A stretch of 64,000 nt of DNA from a candidate division WOR-3 bacterium (GTDB lineage: Bacteria > Hydrothermota > Tepidihabitantia > Tepidihabitantales > JBDRVQ01): the NCBI GenBank assembly GCA_039801905.1, contig JBDRVQ010000001.1:29635-93634 (forward strand). Reading direction: 5' to 3'. The translations under genes were made by a program, and so were the position numbers. The notes beneath the pieces are model-generated. The model did no database searches. It saw only the letters and a program-made list of their open reading frames with translations, and was not told where the DNA came from. Shown here in pieces: positions 6,279 through 16,748 of the stretch; position 1 is the first letter of the stretch; each line of letters starts with the position of its first letter.

Positions 6279-9023
6279 ATGAGGAACTTATATCTCTTTC
6301 CTTTTGGGAAGGAAGGGGCAACGAAAAGGCTCCTATCGGATGCCCTATCCCTTTCGGAAAAGGGAAAAAATCGGGATTATTCTGAGATCCTGTATCTGGC
6401 ACCTACACCCCGAAAGGCAAGGGAGGCGATAAAAATTTTTATCTCCCTTTTTCCTAACTCTCCTTTTGCCTTTATCCCACCCCGGTTTTTAACGATAAAG
6501 ACCTTAGCCCAAGAGATATACTCTTCTTTTGCGGAGAAGGTATTTCTGCCCGATTCCTTAAAACCCGTCTTTCTTAAAAGTTTGATTAAAGGAAACTTCT
6601 CTCTTAGCTATTACTATCACATCGGAGAGTTGATTAAAGACTTAAAATCCGCCAATCTGATGAGAGAATGGGAAAAGACCAAAGGGTTAATCAAAAATCG
6701 TTTAGCCCCCTTTTCCCCAAAGAGGCTGAGAATGGAGGAGATATTTGCGCTAATAGAAAGATACGAGGAAGGCCTTAAAGAAAATTCCCTTGCCGATTCC
6801 GAAGATATATTGAAGGAGGCGACAATTTATTTGCAAAAAAGAAAGAAAAGGAAAGGGGTTCTGGTAATTGACGGGTTTATGGATTTGACGAAGTTGGAAG
6901 AAGATTTTTTATCCGCCTTAATCAATAACTTTGAGCATATCCTCGCCTTAGCCTATTTTGATACCCGGTTTCCCGAGATTTATTCCCTCCCTAAGGAGTT
7001 TGCCGATTTCATCTCTTCCTTAGGAGGGTTTGAGGTGATAGAAGAGAGAGGAGATGATAGTTTCTTAGAGCGGGAGAAGATGGCTTTCTTAGAATTTCCT
7101 TCCCGGGAAGAAGAGGTGGAAGGGATTGCCCAAAAGATAAAAAAGTTATTCTTGGATGGGAAATTATCACTTTCCCAGACGATCGTCACCTTTCCCGATT
7201 TAAATAGTTATGCCCCAATTGTGGAAAGGGTCTTTAAGAAGTATAAAATCCCTTTCACCCTTTATCCCCAACGTTCCCTTCTCGCCTCGCCGGTGGTGAT
7301 ACCGGTAATTAATCTATTAAGGGCGGTGGTTGATGACTATCCATTTTTGCCAACGATAACTTGCCTCACTTCTCCTTTCTTCTCTCGTTTCCATATCAAG
7401 ACCAGAAATTTTGTCTCCTATTATGCCCGGCGGGCAAAAATCATTAAAGGGGAATTTAGTTGGCGGAATTTGGTCCGGGATTTGATTAAAGAATATAGAG
7501 AGGAGAAAGGGAAGAAGTCTTCTCTTCCCGGTATCTTCCAAGTAGAAAGGGATATCAATCTCTTCCTTTCAGTGAGCGGCACCCTAAAGAGGGAAAGAGG
7601 GAAAATTACCGACTTTCTCTCCCTTCTCTCCTCCGTTCTTAAAGAGTTGGGTTGGCCCGGAGAATTAAAGGAAGAAGACTTAGAACTCTGGGAAGATAAG
7701 AAAGAGTTGGTTTCTATCTTTCAGGGTTTAGAGTCTTTCCGGGAAACCGAATGTAGTCTGGCAGAATTTTTAGAGATCTTAGAGACAATTCTCAAATATC
7801 ATCCCATTATTCCGGAGCGGGAGGAGAAAGGGGTTAGGATATTAGGATTATTGGAGACAAGGGGTTTAACCGCAAAACATATCTTCTTCGGCGGTCTCTG
7901 TGAGGGAAGTCTCCCTTCCCCTTTAAGACACGACCCATTTTTGCCCGATTGGCTTAGGGAAAAATTAAATCTTTTGCATTTAGAAAGACACCAAAAGTGG
8001 CAGAGACTTCATTTCTTCCGAATATTAAGGTCCGCCCAAGAGATTTATCTCTCCTATCCCCGTCAGGAAGGTGAAAGACTATTTCTCCCTTCTCCCTTCT
8101 TAGAAGGGGAAGCGATTTTGGCAAAAAGGGAGAGAATAATCTTTACCGAGGAGGAGAAAGAGCGCCTTTTAGGATTAGGAGAGGAGAAGGATTTTTCTTC
8201 GGAAGGGGTTGATTTCTCTACCGACCGAGAAGCGAAAAGGGTTTTGAAAAGAAGGTTTTATCCCTATGTCCAAGTGACCGAGATTGAGAAACTGAGAAGA
8301 TGTCCTTACAACTTCTATTTGGAAAATATCTTAGGATTGGTAACAGAAGAGGAGACAAAATTTGAGATTGAACCTCGGGAATGGGGAGAATTGGCGCATC
8401 AGGTTTTGGAAAGGCTCTATGCGGAAAGAAAAGAATTTATCCCCTTAGAGGAGATACCGAAAAGGGTAGAAAAGATTCTCTCCTCCCTCCTCGCCCAGAG
8501 TGGCTTTCCCCTTTTCTGGCAGGATGTGGCAAAGAAGATTTTTGAAAAGATTTTACCCAACTTCTTAGAGATGGAAAAAGAACTAAGGGAAAAAGGGTAT
8601 TATCCGGAAAGGATTGAGGAGCGGGTGAAAGGAGATCTCCTCAGAATTAATCTCTACGGCAAGATTGACCGGATTGATAAAAACCAAGATAATAAATATC
8701 TGATTCTGGATTACAAAACCGGGGGCACGGATATTTATCCCGGAGACATTGAAAAGGGGAAGCATCTCCAACTCCCCCTCTATTCCCTCCTCCTGCGGCG
8801 AAAGGGTTTAGCGGTAAGTGGATTTGCCCTCTATTCCTTTAAGGAGAAGAAGGTGAAATGGCTAGCCAAGGATGAGGTTGATTGCCAAGAAAAAGAAGAA
8901 TTGGCGCAAAAATTTGCCCAAGAAGTACTCCAAGAGGCACTCCAGGGAATTTTTCCTGCGGCCCCAGTTGATGAAGGGGTCTGTCGGTTCTGCCTTTATT
9001 CTTTTCTCTGTGCTCAGGAGTAG
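6279..9023 (+). CDS. addB: ATP-dependent helicase/nuclease subunit B (AddB-type, PD-(D/E)XK nuclease with Fe-S cysteines)
   Basis: C-terminal nuclease motif DRIDKN...LILDYKTG. Cysteines at RRCPYNFY and CRFCLYSFLC. Immediately upstream of addA. Confidence 0.75.
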   Translation: MRNLYLFPFGKEGATKRLLSDALSLSEKGKNRDYSEILYLAPTPRKAREAIKIFISLFPNSPFAFIPPRFLTIKTLAQEIYSSFAEKVFLPDSLKPVFLKSLIKGNFSLSYYYHIGELIKDLKSANLMREWEKTKGLIKNRLAPFSPKRLRMEEIFALIERYEEGLKENSLADSEDILKEATIYLQKRKKRKGVLVIDGFMDLTKLEEDFLSALINNFEHILALAYFDTRFPEIYSLPKEFADFISSLGGFEVIEERGDDSFLEREKMAFLEFPSREEEVEGIAQKIKKLFLDGKLSLSQTIVTFPDLNSYAPIVERVFKKYKIPFTLYPQRSLLASPVVIPVINLLRAVVDDYPFLPTITCLTSPFFSRFHIKTRNFVSYYARRAKIIKGEFSWRNLVRDLIKEYREEKGKKSSLPGIFQVERDINLFLSVSGTLKRERGKITDFLSLLSSVLKELGWPGELKEEDLELWEDKKELVSIFQGLESFRETECSLAEFLEILETILKYHPIIPEREEKGVRILGLLETRGLTAKHIFFGGLCEGSLPSPLRHDPFLPDWLREKLNLLHLERHQKWQRLHFFRILRSAQEIYLSYPRQEGERLFLPSPFLEGEAILAKRERIIFTEEEKERLLGLGEEKDFSSEGVDFSTDREAKRVLKRRFYPYVQVTEIEKLRRCPYNFYLENILGLVTEEETKFEIEPREWGELAHQVLERLYAERKEFIPLEEIPKRVEKILSSLLAQSGFPLFWQDVAKKIFEKILPNFLEMEKELREKGYYPERIEERVKGDLLRINLYGKIDRIDKNQDNKYLILDYKTGGTDIYPGDIEKGKHLQLPLYSLLLRRKGLAVSGFALYSFKEKKVKWLAKDEVDCQEKEELAQKFAQEVLQEALQGIFPAAPVDEGVCRFCLYSFLCAQE

Positions 9024-9025
9024 AA

Positions 9026-12000
9026 ATGGCAGAAGAACTTCTCACCACCTTAGTCCGCTCGCCCGCGGGTTCGGGTAAGACCGAACGTTTAGCCCGAAGG
9101 TACATTGCCTTATTAAAAAGGGGTGTCCCACCCGAAAGAATTTTAACCATCACCTTTACGGAAAAGGCAGCGGCGGAGATGAAAGAGCGCATCTTTCGCA
9201 TCCTAAGAAAAGAAGACCCGGATTTGGAGAGGAAGTTGAAGGAGAGTATCTTAAAGTTAAGGATCTCCACGATTGACTCTTTCTGCTTCTCTTTAATTCG
9301 CACCTTTTCCCCTTATTTAGAATTACCACCAGATTTGGAGGTCAATCCGGAAAGCGAAATCTTGTGGCTTCTCTCCTCTTATGACACCCTCATGGGCATC
9401 GCCCAAGAGAGAAATTCTCCGGATTATTCCCTCTTATCGGACTTAATCTCGGATGGTGGTTTTCGCGGTTGGCCCAACCTTCTTAAACTCTTTCAGGAAC
9501 TGTTCAAAAAACGGATCGCCCTTCTGAGGCGGACAACCGAAGAAGAACTTGATATTGATCACTATCTCTCCCAATTGACGAAAATGGGCATTGATTTACC
9601 ACTGGAACCGGAGAAAGATAAGGTGGAGTCCCTCTTCTTATTCTTAGAAAAAAATCGGCATCTCTTTCTCACCAAAAGAGGAGAAGTGCGGAAGGCAAGG
9701 AAAGGGGAAGAAATTGACTATGAGAGATTGAAAGAGTTTTATATCCTCTTGGCAAAGAGATACTACCAAGGGTATTTTGAGAAGATCCTCTCCCTCTTCC
9801 AAAACCGCTTCTTGGCGGAATATAAAGAGAGGAAACACCAGAAAGGAATTTTAGATTTTCCCGATTTGGAGTTTTTAGTCTTTGACCTTTTGACCAATTT
9901 TCCGGAATGGCAGAATATCCTTTATCTCTTTGACCAGCACACCGACCACATCTTGGTGGACGAGTTTCAGGATACCTCCTTCTTGCAGTGGGCAATCATT
10001 GACAAATTGACTGAGGAGTGGCGAAGCGGTTGGGGAGCGAAGCGGGAGAGAGAAATTGAACCGACCCTATTTTTGGTGGGGGATGAGAAGCAATCAATTT
10101 ATTTCTTCCGCAATGCCCAATCCGAAATCTTTGCCCGAGCCAAAAAGAAATTGGCAGTTTATTTAGGGAATAAGTTCCGCGAGGAGACGGTTAAGGATAA
10201 TTACCGAAGTCTTAATGCCATCATTGAATTTACCAACTACTTCTTCTCCCGACTTTTTATCGGTGGGGAAGGGAAACCATTCTGGCAGACCCCTTACTCC
10301 GAATTCATCGGGCGGCGGCAAAATGCCGCACTGGGAAAGGTGGAGATAATTTTAGACAAAAAGGAAGGGAAGATGCCAGAAAGGAGGAAACTGGAAGCAG
10401 AACTTATCGCCCAGCGGATTAAAACCCTTTTGGGAGAGAAAATTGTCTTTGATCGGGAGGAGAAACCAATCCCCGCCGGTTATGAGCATTTTGCCATTCT
10501 CCTAAGGCGCCGAACCCATCTTCCCCTTTACGAGAAAGCCTTAAAGGATGCCGCTATACCTTATCTGGTGGTGAAAGGGGTTGGCTTCTATCAAGAAATA
10601 GAAGTGCAACTCCTTTGCGCCTTAGTTAACTTCTTAGTAGAACCAACTGATAATTTTAGCCTCTACCTCATCTTAAAGTTTCTCTTCTCTCTATCCGAGA
10701 AGGAGATTCTCCTCCTCCAGAGTCGGGCGGGAGAATGCCTCTACCAAAAGTTGGAAAAGGGGAAGAAAGAGATTGCAGAAGAACTCGCCTCCTATCGGGA
10801 AAAGATTTTTAAACTTCCCATTTCCCTTCTCTTAGAAGAGATTCTCAATCGGCGGGGCGTCTGGCGACTCTTCCCTTCGGACCAACAGTATTCCAATATA
10901 AAGAAGTTCATTCGCATCTGTGAGGAATTAGAATGGGAAGGAAAATCTCCTTGGGAGATAAGAGAATATCTGTCAAGGGCGAAGAAGAATACCGATGAAC
11001 CAAAGGCGGATGTCTCTTGGGAAGGGATCAAGGCGGTGCGGATTATGACCGTGCATGCGGCGAAGGGGTTAGAATTTCCCATTGTCTTCTTCGCTGGTTT
11101 GGATGAAAATTTACTCTCCCATCAGGGCAAGGAAGACTTTGTCATAGAAGAAGGGGAGGAAGGGGTTTCTCTCCTCTACCTTCCGGAAAAGAACCTCCAA
11201 AAAGAAGAGCCCCTCTTTCAAGAAAGGGAAGAGAAGCAATTGGAGGAGGAGAAGAGGATATTTTATGTCGCCTGCACCCGGGCTCGGGATTATCTTGTCC
11301 TTACCGGAATCATTCCCGATAAAGTGTCCCGCTCCCGCCTCCAATGGCTCCAAAATATCTTCTCCCTAGAATGGCGGGAAGGGAAAATTTCCTCGCCGGT
11401 GAAATTGCCGGGGTTAGAATTTCTTTCCGGAGAAGAGGTCTTATCATTAGCGAAGAAAAAAGAGGAAGGAGAAAAGGTAAAAGAAGAGGTGAAGACCTCT
11501 CCCCTATTCCTTTCGGAAATCACAGAAAGGGAAAAGATCATTAAGCCGGTCACCAAAGAGACGAATGAAGATTTAAGGCGCCACGGCGAAGGGGCAATCC
11601 TTTTTGGCAAGGTGATGCATAAGATATTAGAGAAGATTGCCCGAGGGGATCTCGCTTGGCAGAAAGAAGCCGTCTCCCGGATGGGCGAGCGGCTTTTCCT
11701 TTTAGCCGGTGTCCCCCAAAAAGAATTAAAAATCTGGGTGCGAGGAATTTGGCAACAGTTGTCCGTCTTAGAAAAGTCAAACTTGAAAGAGATTATTCTG
11801 CCGCAAGAGGGAAGTTATGCGGAATTACCCTTCCTTTTGGCGGATGGGGATTTTATCTATCAGGGAAGGATTGACCGGGTGATTGTCCGGAAAGAAGAAG
11901 TGGCAATCTATGACTACAAAACCTATCGCGTTAAGGGGGAAGAGATTCCCTTCCTCCTTGACTTTTACGAAAGGGAGCAGATGGCAATTTACCGGAAAGC

Positions 12001-12112
12001 CGCTTCGCTTTTCTTCCCTGGGAAGAGAGTGCGTGCCTATTTAATCTTCACCGCTTTGGGTAAAATCTTTCCCCTTTTTGCTAATTCTCGGGAAATAAGT
12101 CTCACTCCATAA
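9026..12112 (+). CDS. addA: ATP-dependent helicase/nuclease subunit A (UvrD/Rep-family helicase with C-terminal nuclease)
   Basis: Walker A SPAGSGKTERL. Also TFTEKAAAEMKERI, VDEFQDTS and a C-terminal GRIDRV...IYDYKT motif. Confidence 0.85.
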   Translation: MAEELLTTLVRSPAGSGKTERLARRYIALLKRGVPPERILTITFTEKAAAEMKERIFRILRKEDPDLERKLKESILKLRISTIDSFCFSLIRTFSPYLELPPDLEVNPESEILWLLSSYDTLMGIAQERNSPDYSLLSDLISDGGFRGWPNLLKLFQELFKKRIALLRRTTEEELDIDHYLSQLTKMGIDLPLEPEKDKVESLFLFLEKNRHLFLTKRGEVRKARKGEEIDYERLKEFYILLAKRYYQGYFEKILSLFQNRFLAEYKERKHQKGILDFPDLEFLVFDLLTNFPEWQNILYLFDQHTDHILVDEFQDTSFLQWAIIDKLTEEWRSGWGAKREREIEPTLFLVGDEKQSIYFFRNAQSEIFARAKKKLAVYLGNKFREETVKDNYRSLNAIIEFTNYFFSRLFIGGEGKPFWQTPYSEFIGRRQNAALGKVEIILDKKEGKMPERRKLEAELIAQRIKTLLGEKIVFDREEKPIPAGYEHFAILLRRRTHLPLYEKALKDAAIPYLVVKGVGFYQEIEVQLLCALVNFLVEPTDNFSLYLILKFLFSLSEKEILLLQSRAGECLYQKLEKGKKEIAEELASYREKIFKLPISLLLEEILNRRGVWRLFPSDQQYSNIKKFIRICEELEWEGKSPWEIREYLSRAKKNTDEPKADVSWEGIKAVRIMTVHAAKGLEFPIVFFAGLDENLLSHQGKEDFVIEEGEEGVSLLYLPEKNLQKEEPLFQEREEKQLEEEKRIFYVACTRARDYLVLTGIIPDKVSRSRLQWLQNIFSLEWREGKISSPVKLPGLEFLSGEEVLSLAKKKEEGEKVKEEVKTSPLFLSEITEREKIIKPVTKETNEDLRRHGEGAILFGKVMHKILEKIARGDLAWQKEAVSRMGERLFLLAGVPQKELKIWVRGIWQQLSVLEKSNLKEIILPQEGSYAELPFLLADGDFIYQGRIDRVIVRKEEVAIYDYKTYRVKGEEIPFLLDFYEREQMAIYRKAASLFFPGKRVRAYLIFTALGKIFPLFANSREISLTP

Positions 12113-12228
12113 TTTGTTCCCTTTCGGTTTAAGATGGATTTGCCATTAATCTTAAAGCTTTTGGAGTATTACTAAAGATAGGGTCATAGAGTGGTTATGA
12201 TCACTGGTAATGCTTGCAGAGAGATTTC

Positions 12229-12257
12229 TTGACGGAAGAGGAGATTTTTCTTATATT
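12229..12257 (+). promoter_or_regulatory. sigma70-type promoter (TTGACG-17-TATATT), 5 nt from the ATG of the YbbR-like gene
   Basis: ttgacg gaagaggagatttttct tatatt gggaa ATG. Confidence 0.5.
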
Positions 12258-12262
12258 GGGAA

Positions 12263-13156
12263 ATGAGAAATTTCTTCTTCCGAGATATCCCCTTAAAGAT
12301 CTTTGCCCTCTTCCTCTCTTTGGCAATTTGGTTCTTCGCCACCCTGGAACGGAACTACATCGTCACCTACCGCCTCCCTGTTCGGTTTAAGGGAATTCCT
12401 CCCCAGAAGATTATCTCCTACCAGTCCGAAGAATTCGTTGATTTGGTTTTGGAAGGGAAGGGAAAGGATTTTTTGTTCTGGCGGCGGGCTAACTTGGTTT
12501 ATGAGATTCCATTGTCGGAGGCGCGACTGGGAAGACAGAGGATGAGGTTCAAACCAGAAGACTTAAAAGTAAAGGAGGGGATTAAAATTGTCGCTTTTCG
12601 CCCGGAATACCTTGATTTTGAGATTGATAATTTAGGGGAAAAACCGGTGGCGATTAAAGTCTCCTGGGAGGGAGAGATGGAAAAGGGATTTTACCTTACC
12701 GATTGGGAAGTCTTGGACACTGTTTTTCTTTCCGCTCCGAAGGGAGAACTACCTTTTATTAACTTCCTTCCCACAGAACCCTTCTCCTTAAAAGGGGTTA
12801 AAAGATCGGTGGTGAAGGAACTGAAGGTAATTTTGCCCGAAAAGAGAGGTTTTTCTGTCCGACCGGAAAGGGTCCGGGTGAAATTAGTAGTAGAACCAGA
12901 AACGACTGTCACCCTGGAAGGAATTTTGGTGAGACCAAATAGAAGAGGGGTGAAGGTGAGCCCAAAAGAGGCGCAGATTACCGTTTCTGGTCCCCCCTCC
13001 CGGCTCAAAGAGATAAAGGGAGAAGAGATTAAAGCCTTGTTAACGGTTGATACCTTAAAGCCAGGGATTTATTATCTACCCGCTCAGATATTTTTACCTC
13101 CGGGATTATCCTTTGAGCGATGCACACCGGATAAGTTCCAAGTGGAGGTGCGATAG
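12263..13156 (+). CDS. YbbR-like (CdaR-type) domain protein
   Basis: N-terminal TM segment (IFALFLSLAIWFFAT) followed by repeated beta-rich YbbR-like segments. The assignment rests on overall resemblance only. Confidence 0.55.
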   Translation: MRNFFFRDIPLKIFALFLSLAIWFFATLERNYIVTYRLPVRFKGIPPQKIISYQSEEFVDLVLEGKGKDFLFWRRANLVYEIPLSEARLGRQRMRFKPEDLKVKEGIKIVAFRPEYLDFEIDNLGEKPVAIKVSWEGEMEKGFYLTDWEVLDTVFLSAPKGELPFINFLPTEPFSLKGVKRSVVKELKVILPEKRGFSVRPERVRVKLVVEPETTVTLEGILVRPNRRGVKVSPKEAQITVSGPPSRLKEIKGEEIKALLTVDTLKPGIYYLPAQIFLPPGLSFERCTPDKFQVEVR

Positions 13157-14136
13157 TGTATATCTTAGGTATTGAGACTTCTTGTGATGAGACCTGTGCG
13201 GCGGTTTTGCGGGATGGAAGAGAGATTCTTTCTAATGTTGTCTCCTCCCAGTATCTCCATTCCCGCTACGGTGGGGTGATACCGGAGGTGGCTTCCCGGG
13301 CGCACATTAAGCATTTAGTCCCGATTACGGAGACCGCCCTGGCAGTAGCCGGAATCGGCTTTTCGGAAATTGATCTCATCACCGCCACTTACGGACCAGG
13401 GCTCATCGGCTCTCTTCTCGTTGGGCTCTCCTTTGCCAAGGGTTTATCTTTAAGCCTCAATAAACCATTCGTGGGGGTGAACCACATTGAAGGACATATC
13501 TTCGCTTCCCTCCTCGCTTATCCCGAAATTAAACCTCCTTTCCTCTCCCTCATCATCTCCGGTGGCCATACCGAGATTTACTTGGTGAAAGAGATTGGCC
13601 AGTACCATTTATTAGGGATGACCTTAGACGACGCCTGCGGAGAGGCATTTGACAAGGTAGGAAAGTTATTAGGATTTCCTTATCCCGCAGGATTTAAGAT
13701 TGAAGAGATAGCAAGGGAAGGGAAAAGAAGCATTAACTTCCCTATCCCCAAAGTTAATGGAGCCAATTTCAGTTTCTCGGGCTTGAAGACCGCGGTGCTC
13801 TATTTTTTGAAAGATAATCCTCACTATCCGAAGGAAGATATCGCCCATTCCTTTCAAGAAGTTGTATTTGACTTCTTAGAAGAGAAGATTGTTTTCGCGG
13901 TGCAAGAAGTTTCTTTGCGCCTGATGACCGTTTCCGGTGGGGTGGCGGCGAATAGTCGATTGAGAGCGCGTCTGGCACAATTAGGAAGAAGGGAAGGAAT
14001 AAGATTTTACATCCCACCCCTTTCCCTCTGCACCGACAATGCGGCAATGATTGCCGCTTGTGGTTATGAGAGATTTAAGCGGTTCGGCTCTTCGCCGTTG
14101 GATCTACCAGCGAAGGCGAACGAAATCTTAACCTGA
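13156..14136 (+). CDS. tsaD: tRNA N6-adenosine threonylcarbamoyltransferase
   Basis: ILGIETSCDETCAAV, GVNHIEGH, GGVAANSRLR: a Kae1/Gcp-family signature. Confidence 0.9.
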   Translation: MYILGIETSCDETCAAVLRDGREILSNVVSSQYLHSRYGGVIPEVASRAHIKHLVPITETALAVAGIGFSEIDLITATYGPGLIGSLLVGLSFAKGLSLSLNKPFVGVNHIEGHIFASLLAYPEIKPPFLSLIISGGHTEIYLVKEIGQYHLLGMTLDDACGEAFDKVGKLLGFPYPAGFKIEEIAREGKRSINFPIPKVNGANFSFSGLKTAVLYFLKDNPHYPKEDIAHSFQEVVFDFLEEKIVFAVQEVSLRLMTVSGGVAANSRLRARLAQLGRREGIRFYIPPLSLCTDNAAMIAACGYERFKRFGSSPLDLPAKANEILT

Positions 14137-15048
14137 GACCATCTCCTTCGCCCATTTCCGACAAAGTCTTATCGCTTCTTCCATCCCCCGGGAATCTGCC
14201 ACCCCCTTCCCCGCGATGTCAAAGGCGGTGCCGTGCAAAGGAGAGGTACGAATGAAGGGAAGACCTAAGGTGGTATTTATCCCTTTACCCTTGCCGATTG
14301 TTTTCACCATTATCATCCCCTGGTCATGATAGGGGGAAATAAAACCATCGTATCTCTTATAATAAAAGAGAAAGGAATCGGCTGGTAAAGTCCCTACGAT
14401 ATCAATTCCTAAATCTTTTAGCCTCTTTATTCCTTTCGCCATCTCCTTCTCTTCTCCCCGGGAAAATTCTCCACCGTGGGGATTGAGAGAGAAGAGACCG
14501 ATCCTTGGTGATTCAATCCCCTCAAGCCGATGGAGGAAATCATAAAGGAGAAGGCCCTTTTCCACTACCCAACGAGTTTTAATCCGAGAAGGTACTTCTT
14601 TCAAAGGACAATGTAAGGTGAGAAAGGCAATCTTTATCTTCTTATGATAGGCTAAGAAACAATAATTTCTCACCCCAAACTCCTGGGCGAAGAATTCGGT
14701 CTGGCCGGGATAAGGGAAGCCAATTCGGTAGAGGTTGCTCTTAGAAATGGGAGCGGTAACTATCCCTTTCGCCTCTCCCTTCTTTATTAAAGAAACGCCA
14801 ACCTTTAAGCCCTCCCAGGCAAATTGAGCGGTCTTCCGATCCGGTTTGCCAAAGGTAAAATCAATCCCCGGTAGAAAGTCTAAAAGATACGGTTCAAAAT
14901 CAATCGCTATCTTTAGTTTTTCTCTCAATTTTGTCAAAAGAACCCGAGCACCAATAATCTTCACTTCCTGGGGTGGGAATTTAGCAATCGCCTTTAAGAC
15001 AACCTCCGGACCAATCCCTGTTATCTCACCTAAGGTGACAACCACCAC
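14128..15048 (-). CDS. pdxA: 4-hydroxythreonine-4-phosphate dehydrogenase (PdxA family)
   Basis: GEITGIGPEV, NPHGGE, HGTAFDIAGKG. The ORF is open to 15150, but that extension overlaps the upstream permease. The GTG at 15048 gives an MVVVTLGEITGIGPE start, which is my inference. Confidence 0.8.
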   Translation of the reverse strand: MVVVTLGEITGIGPEVVLKAIAKFPPQEVKIIGARVLLTKLREKLKIAIDFEPYLLDFLPGIDFTFGKPDRKTAQFAWEGLKVGVSLIKKGEAKGIVTAPISKSNLYRIGFPYPGQTEFFAQEFGVRNYCFLAYHKKIKIAFLTLHCPLKEVPSRIKTRWVVEKGLLLYDFLHRLEGIESPRIGLFSLNPHGGEFSRGEEKEMAKGIKRLKDLGIDIVGTLPADSFLFYYKRYDGFISPYHDQGMIMVKTIGKGKGINTTLGLPFIRTSPLHGTAFDIAGKGVADSRGMEEAIRLCRKWAKEMVSG

Positions 15049-15076
15049 GAGAACTATCTTTTGACCATTATTACCA

Positions 15077-15910
15077 TCAATAGGTCGCCAGTATCCCTTG
15101 CCTTCGGGTATAGCGGTCAATGAGGTTGAATACCAAAATCCCGAAGGCAATCCAAAGGAAGCAGAGGAGAATCAATCGGAGAAAGAGGGTGGTTAAAGAA
15201 AAGGGAATTCTTTCCCCGATTAGGAAGTGCCTCACCCCTAAAACCCCATAAGTGGCTGGAACAAAAAGTGCCGCCTTTTGGAGAAAAAGAGGCAAAACCG
15301 CCAAGGGGTAAGCGATCGGCGTGATGACCATCATTATTCCCGAAAGGGCTTCCGAGACCAACCAACCCTGTTTGAAGATGAGGGTGAGTGCCGCCACCAT
15401 CATTCCAAAACCATAGAGGGCAAAAAGCATTAGGGCGATAATTAAAAGAGAAGGCAAAATACCACCAACCTTTATCGTAAAAGAGAAGATGATATACATC
15501 ACAATCAATTGAAAGATGACAATTATTGACTGGTGCAGGGTAGAATGGCAAGCCATCCCTAAGGCGAAGACCCAACGGGGAACCGGGGTAGCAAAGACGA
15601 TCTCTAAGGTGCCGTGAAATTGCTCTTTTCTTAAAGAGAAACCCATCGCCCAAAGCGCCATATTCAAAAAACCGATGAAGATATAACCTAATATGACAAA
15701 GGTGATAATATCACTACTTCCCGCGAGTTTCTCTAAATAAGGAGAAGAACGGCCCCCAACAATAGCGATACCGTAAAGGAGATGGGGCAAAAGGTAGACT
15801 AACGGGTCAATCATTCCTCGGATAAAATCCGCCTTATAAGCCAATTCTATCTTCCACTCTTTAATATTTTCCGCCCAGATTGCTCGCAGATATCCGATCA
15901 GCCTCTTCAT
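15077..15910 (-). CDS. ABC-2 type transporter permease
   Basis: Six predicted TM helices. The ATG at 15910 sits 1 nt after the upstream stop. The ORF-track extension to 15997 overlaps the neighbouring gene. Confidence 0.7.
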   Translation of the reverse strand: MKRLIGYLRAIWAENIKEWKIELAYKADFIRGMIDPLVYLLPHLLYGIAIVGGRSSPYLEKLAGSSDIITFVILGYIFIGFLNMALWAMGFSLRKEQFHGTLEIVFATPVPRWVFALGMACHSTLHQSIIVIFQLIVMYIIFSFTIKVGGILPSLLIIALMLFALYGFGMMVAALTLIFKQGWLVSEALSGIMMVITPIAYPLAVLPLFLQKAALFVPATYGVLGVRHFLIGERIPFSLTTLFLRLILLCFLWIAFGILVFNLIDRYTRRQGILATY

Positions 15911-15911
15911 T

Positions 15912-16748
15912 TTAATACATAGCAATCGTCCCCATCCTTCTCGTCTTCTTTTCCAGATAAGTAAAAAGTAAGATACCAACCAGGAGGAAGACAACATCCA
16001 TAATCCCTAAGAGGAGAATTGTCTGACCCAAATCCAAAATTCTCTTATTTAAGAGAACAATCGCCCGCACCGCCACTAAGGCATAGGTCAAAGGCAAAAG
16101 AAGGGAGATAGTCTTCGTGATGGGATTTATCTCCACCGGATAGCGGATTGGGGAAAAGAGATAAAAGACCCATTCTAAGGTGTGGACAAATCCATGAACC
16201 TCTTTAATTAATAGGGTAAATCCGGCTAGACCAATCGCCAAGCCGTAAAAGCCAATGAGAAGTAATAAAACAATTAAGACCACAGGCAAAATTTGCTTTA
16301 CCCCCACCCTTAAATCTAAAAGGAATACCGAAATTAGTACCTGGGCAATAACCACCACCGTGGCATAGAGAAATTCCACCACCGTCTTACCGATAAGAAT
16401 TACCATCGGGTGGGTGGGAGAGACAAACATATACTCCAAGGTTCCCCAATAAGTCTCCTCCCGGAGCGCATTCCCTACCCCCCATAAACCAGAAAAGATG
16501 TAAGTAGAGATGATTGCTCCCAAAAGGACAAAGGAGAGGTAGTTAGCGCTTCCCGTTAGGTTCTTAAAGGATTCACTGGTTAAACTACCAACGAATGCCT
16601 TGCCTTGAAAGATAAAAGGTAATACCCAGATTAAAGGGAAAATTCCCCAGAAGACAAGCATTATCGGATAGGTGAACCAAATTTTTATCGTCTTTATCAC
16701 CTCCGCCTTAATCACCCGCAGATTTCTCAAAATTACCTCTCTCTTCAT
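15912..16748 (-). CDS. ABC-2 type transporter permease
   Basis: Polytopic membrane protein paralogous to the downstream permease. Overlaps the ATPase gene by 4 nt. Confidence 0.7.
   Translation of the reverse strand: MKREVILRNLRVIKAEVIKTIKIWFTYPIMLVFWGIFPLIWVLPFIFQGKAFVGSLTSESFKNLTGSANYLSFVLLGAIISTYIFSGLWGVGNALREETYWGTLEYMFVSPTHPMVILIGKTVVEFLYATVVVIAQVLISVFLLDLRVGVKQILPVVLIVLLLLIGFYGLAIGLAGFTLLIKEVHGFVHTLEWVFYLFSPIRYPVEINPITKTISLLLPLTYALVAVRAIVLLNKRILDLGQTILLLGIMDVVFLLVGILLFTYLEKKTRRMGTIAMY

Noticed and set aside
8839-9303. A 154-aa minus-strand ORF across the addB/addA junction.
   Set aside because: It is antisense to two genes with clear helicase and nuclease motifs, and it has no start context.
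15117-15653. A 178-aa minus-strand ORF overlapping the ABC-2 permease in another frame.
   Set aside because: The permease frame gives coherent TM helices. The alternative frame gives a low-complexity Gly/Pro/His-rich sequence.
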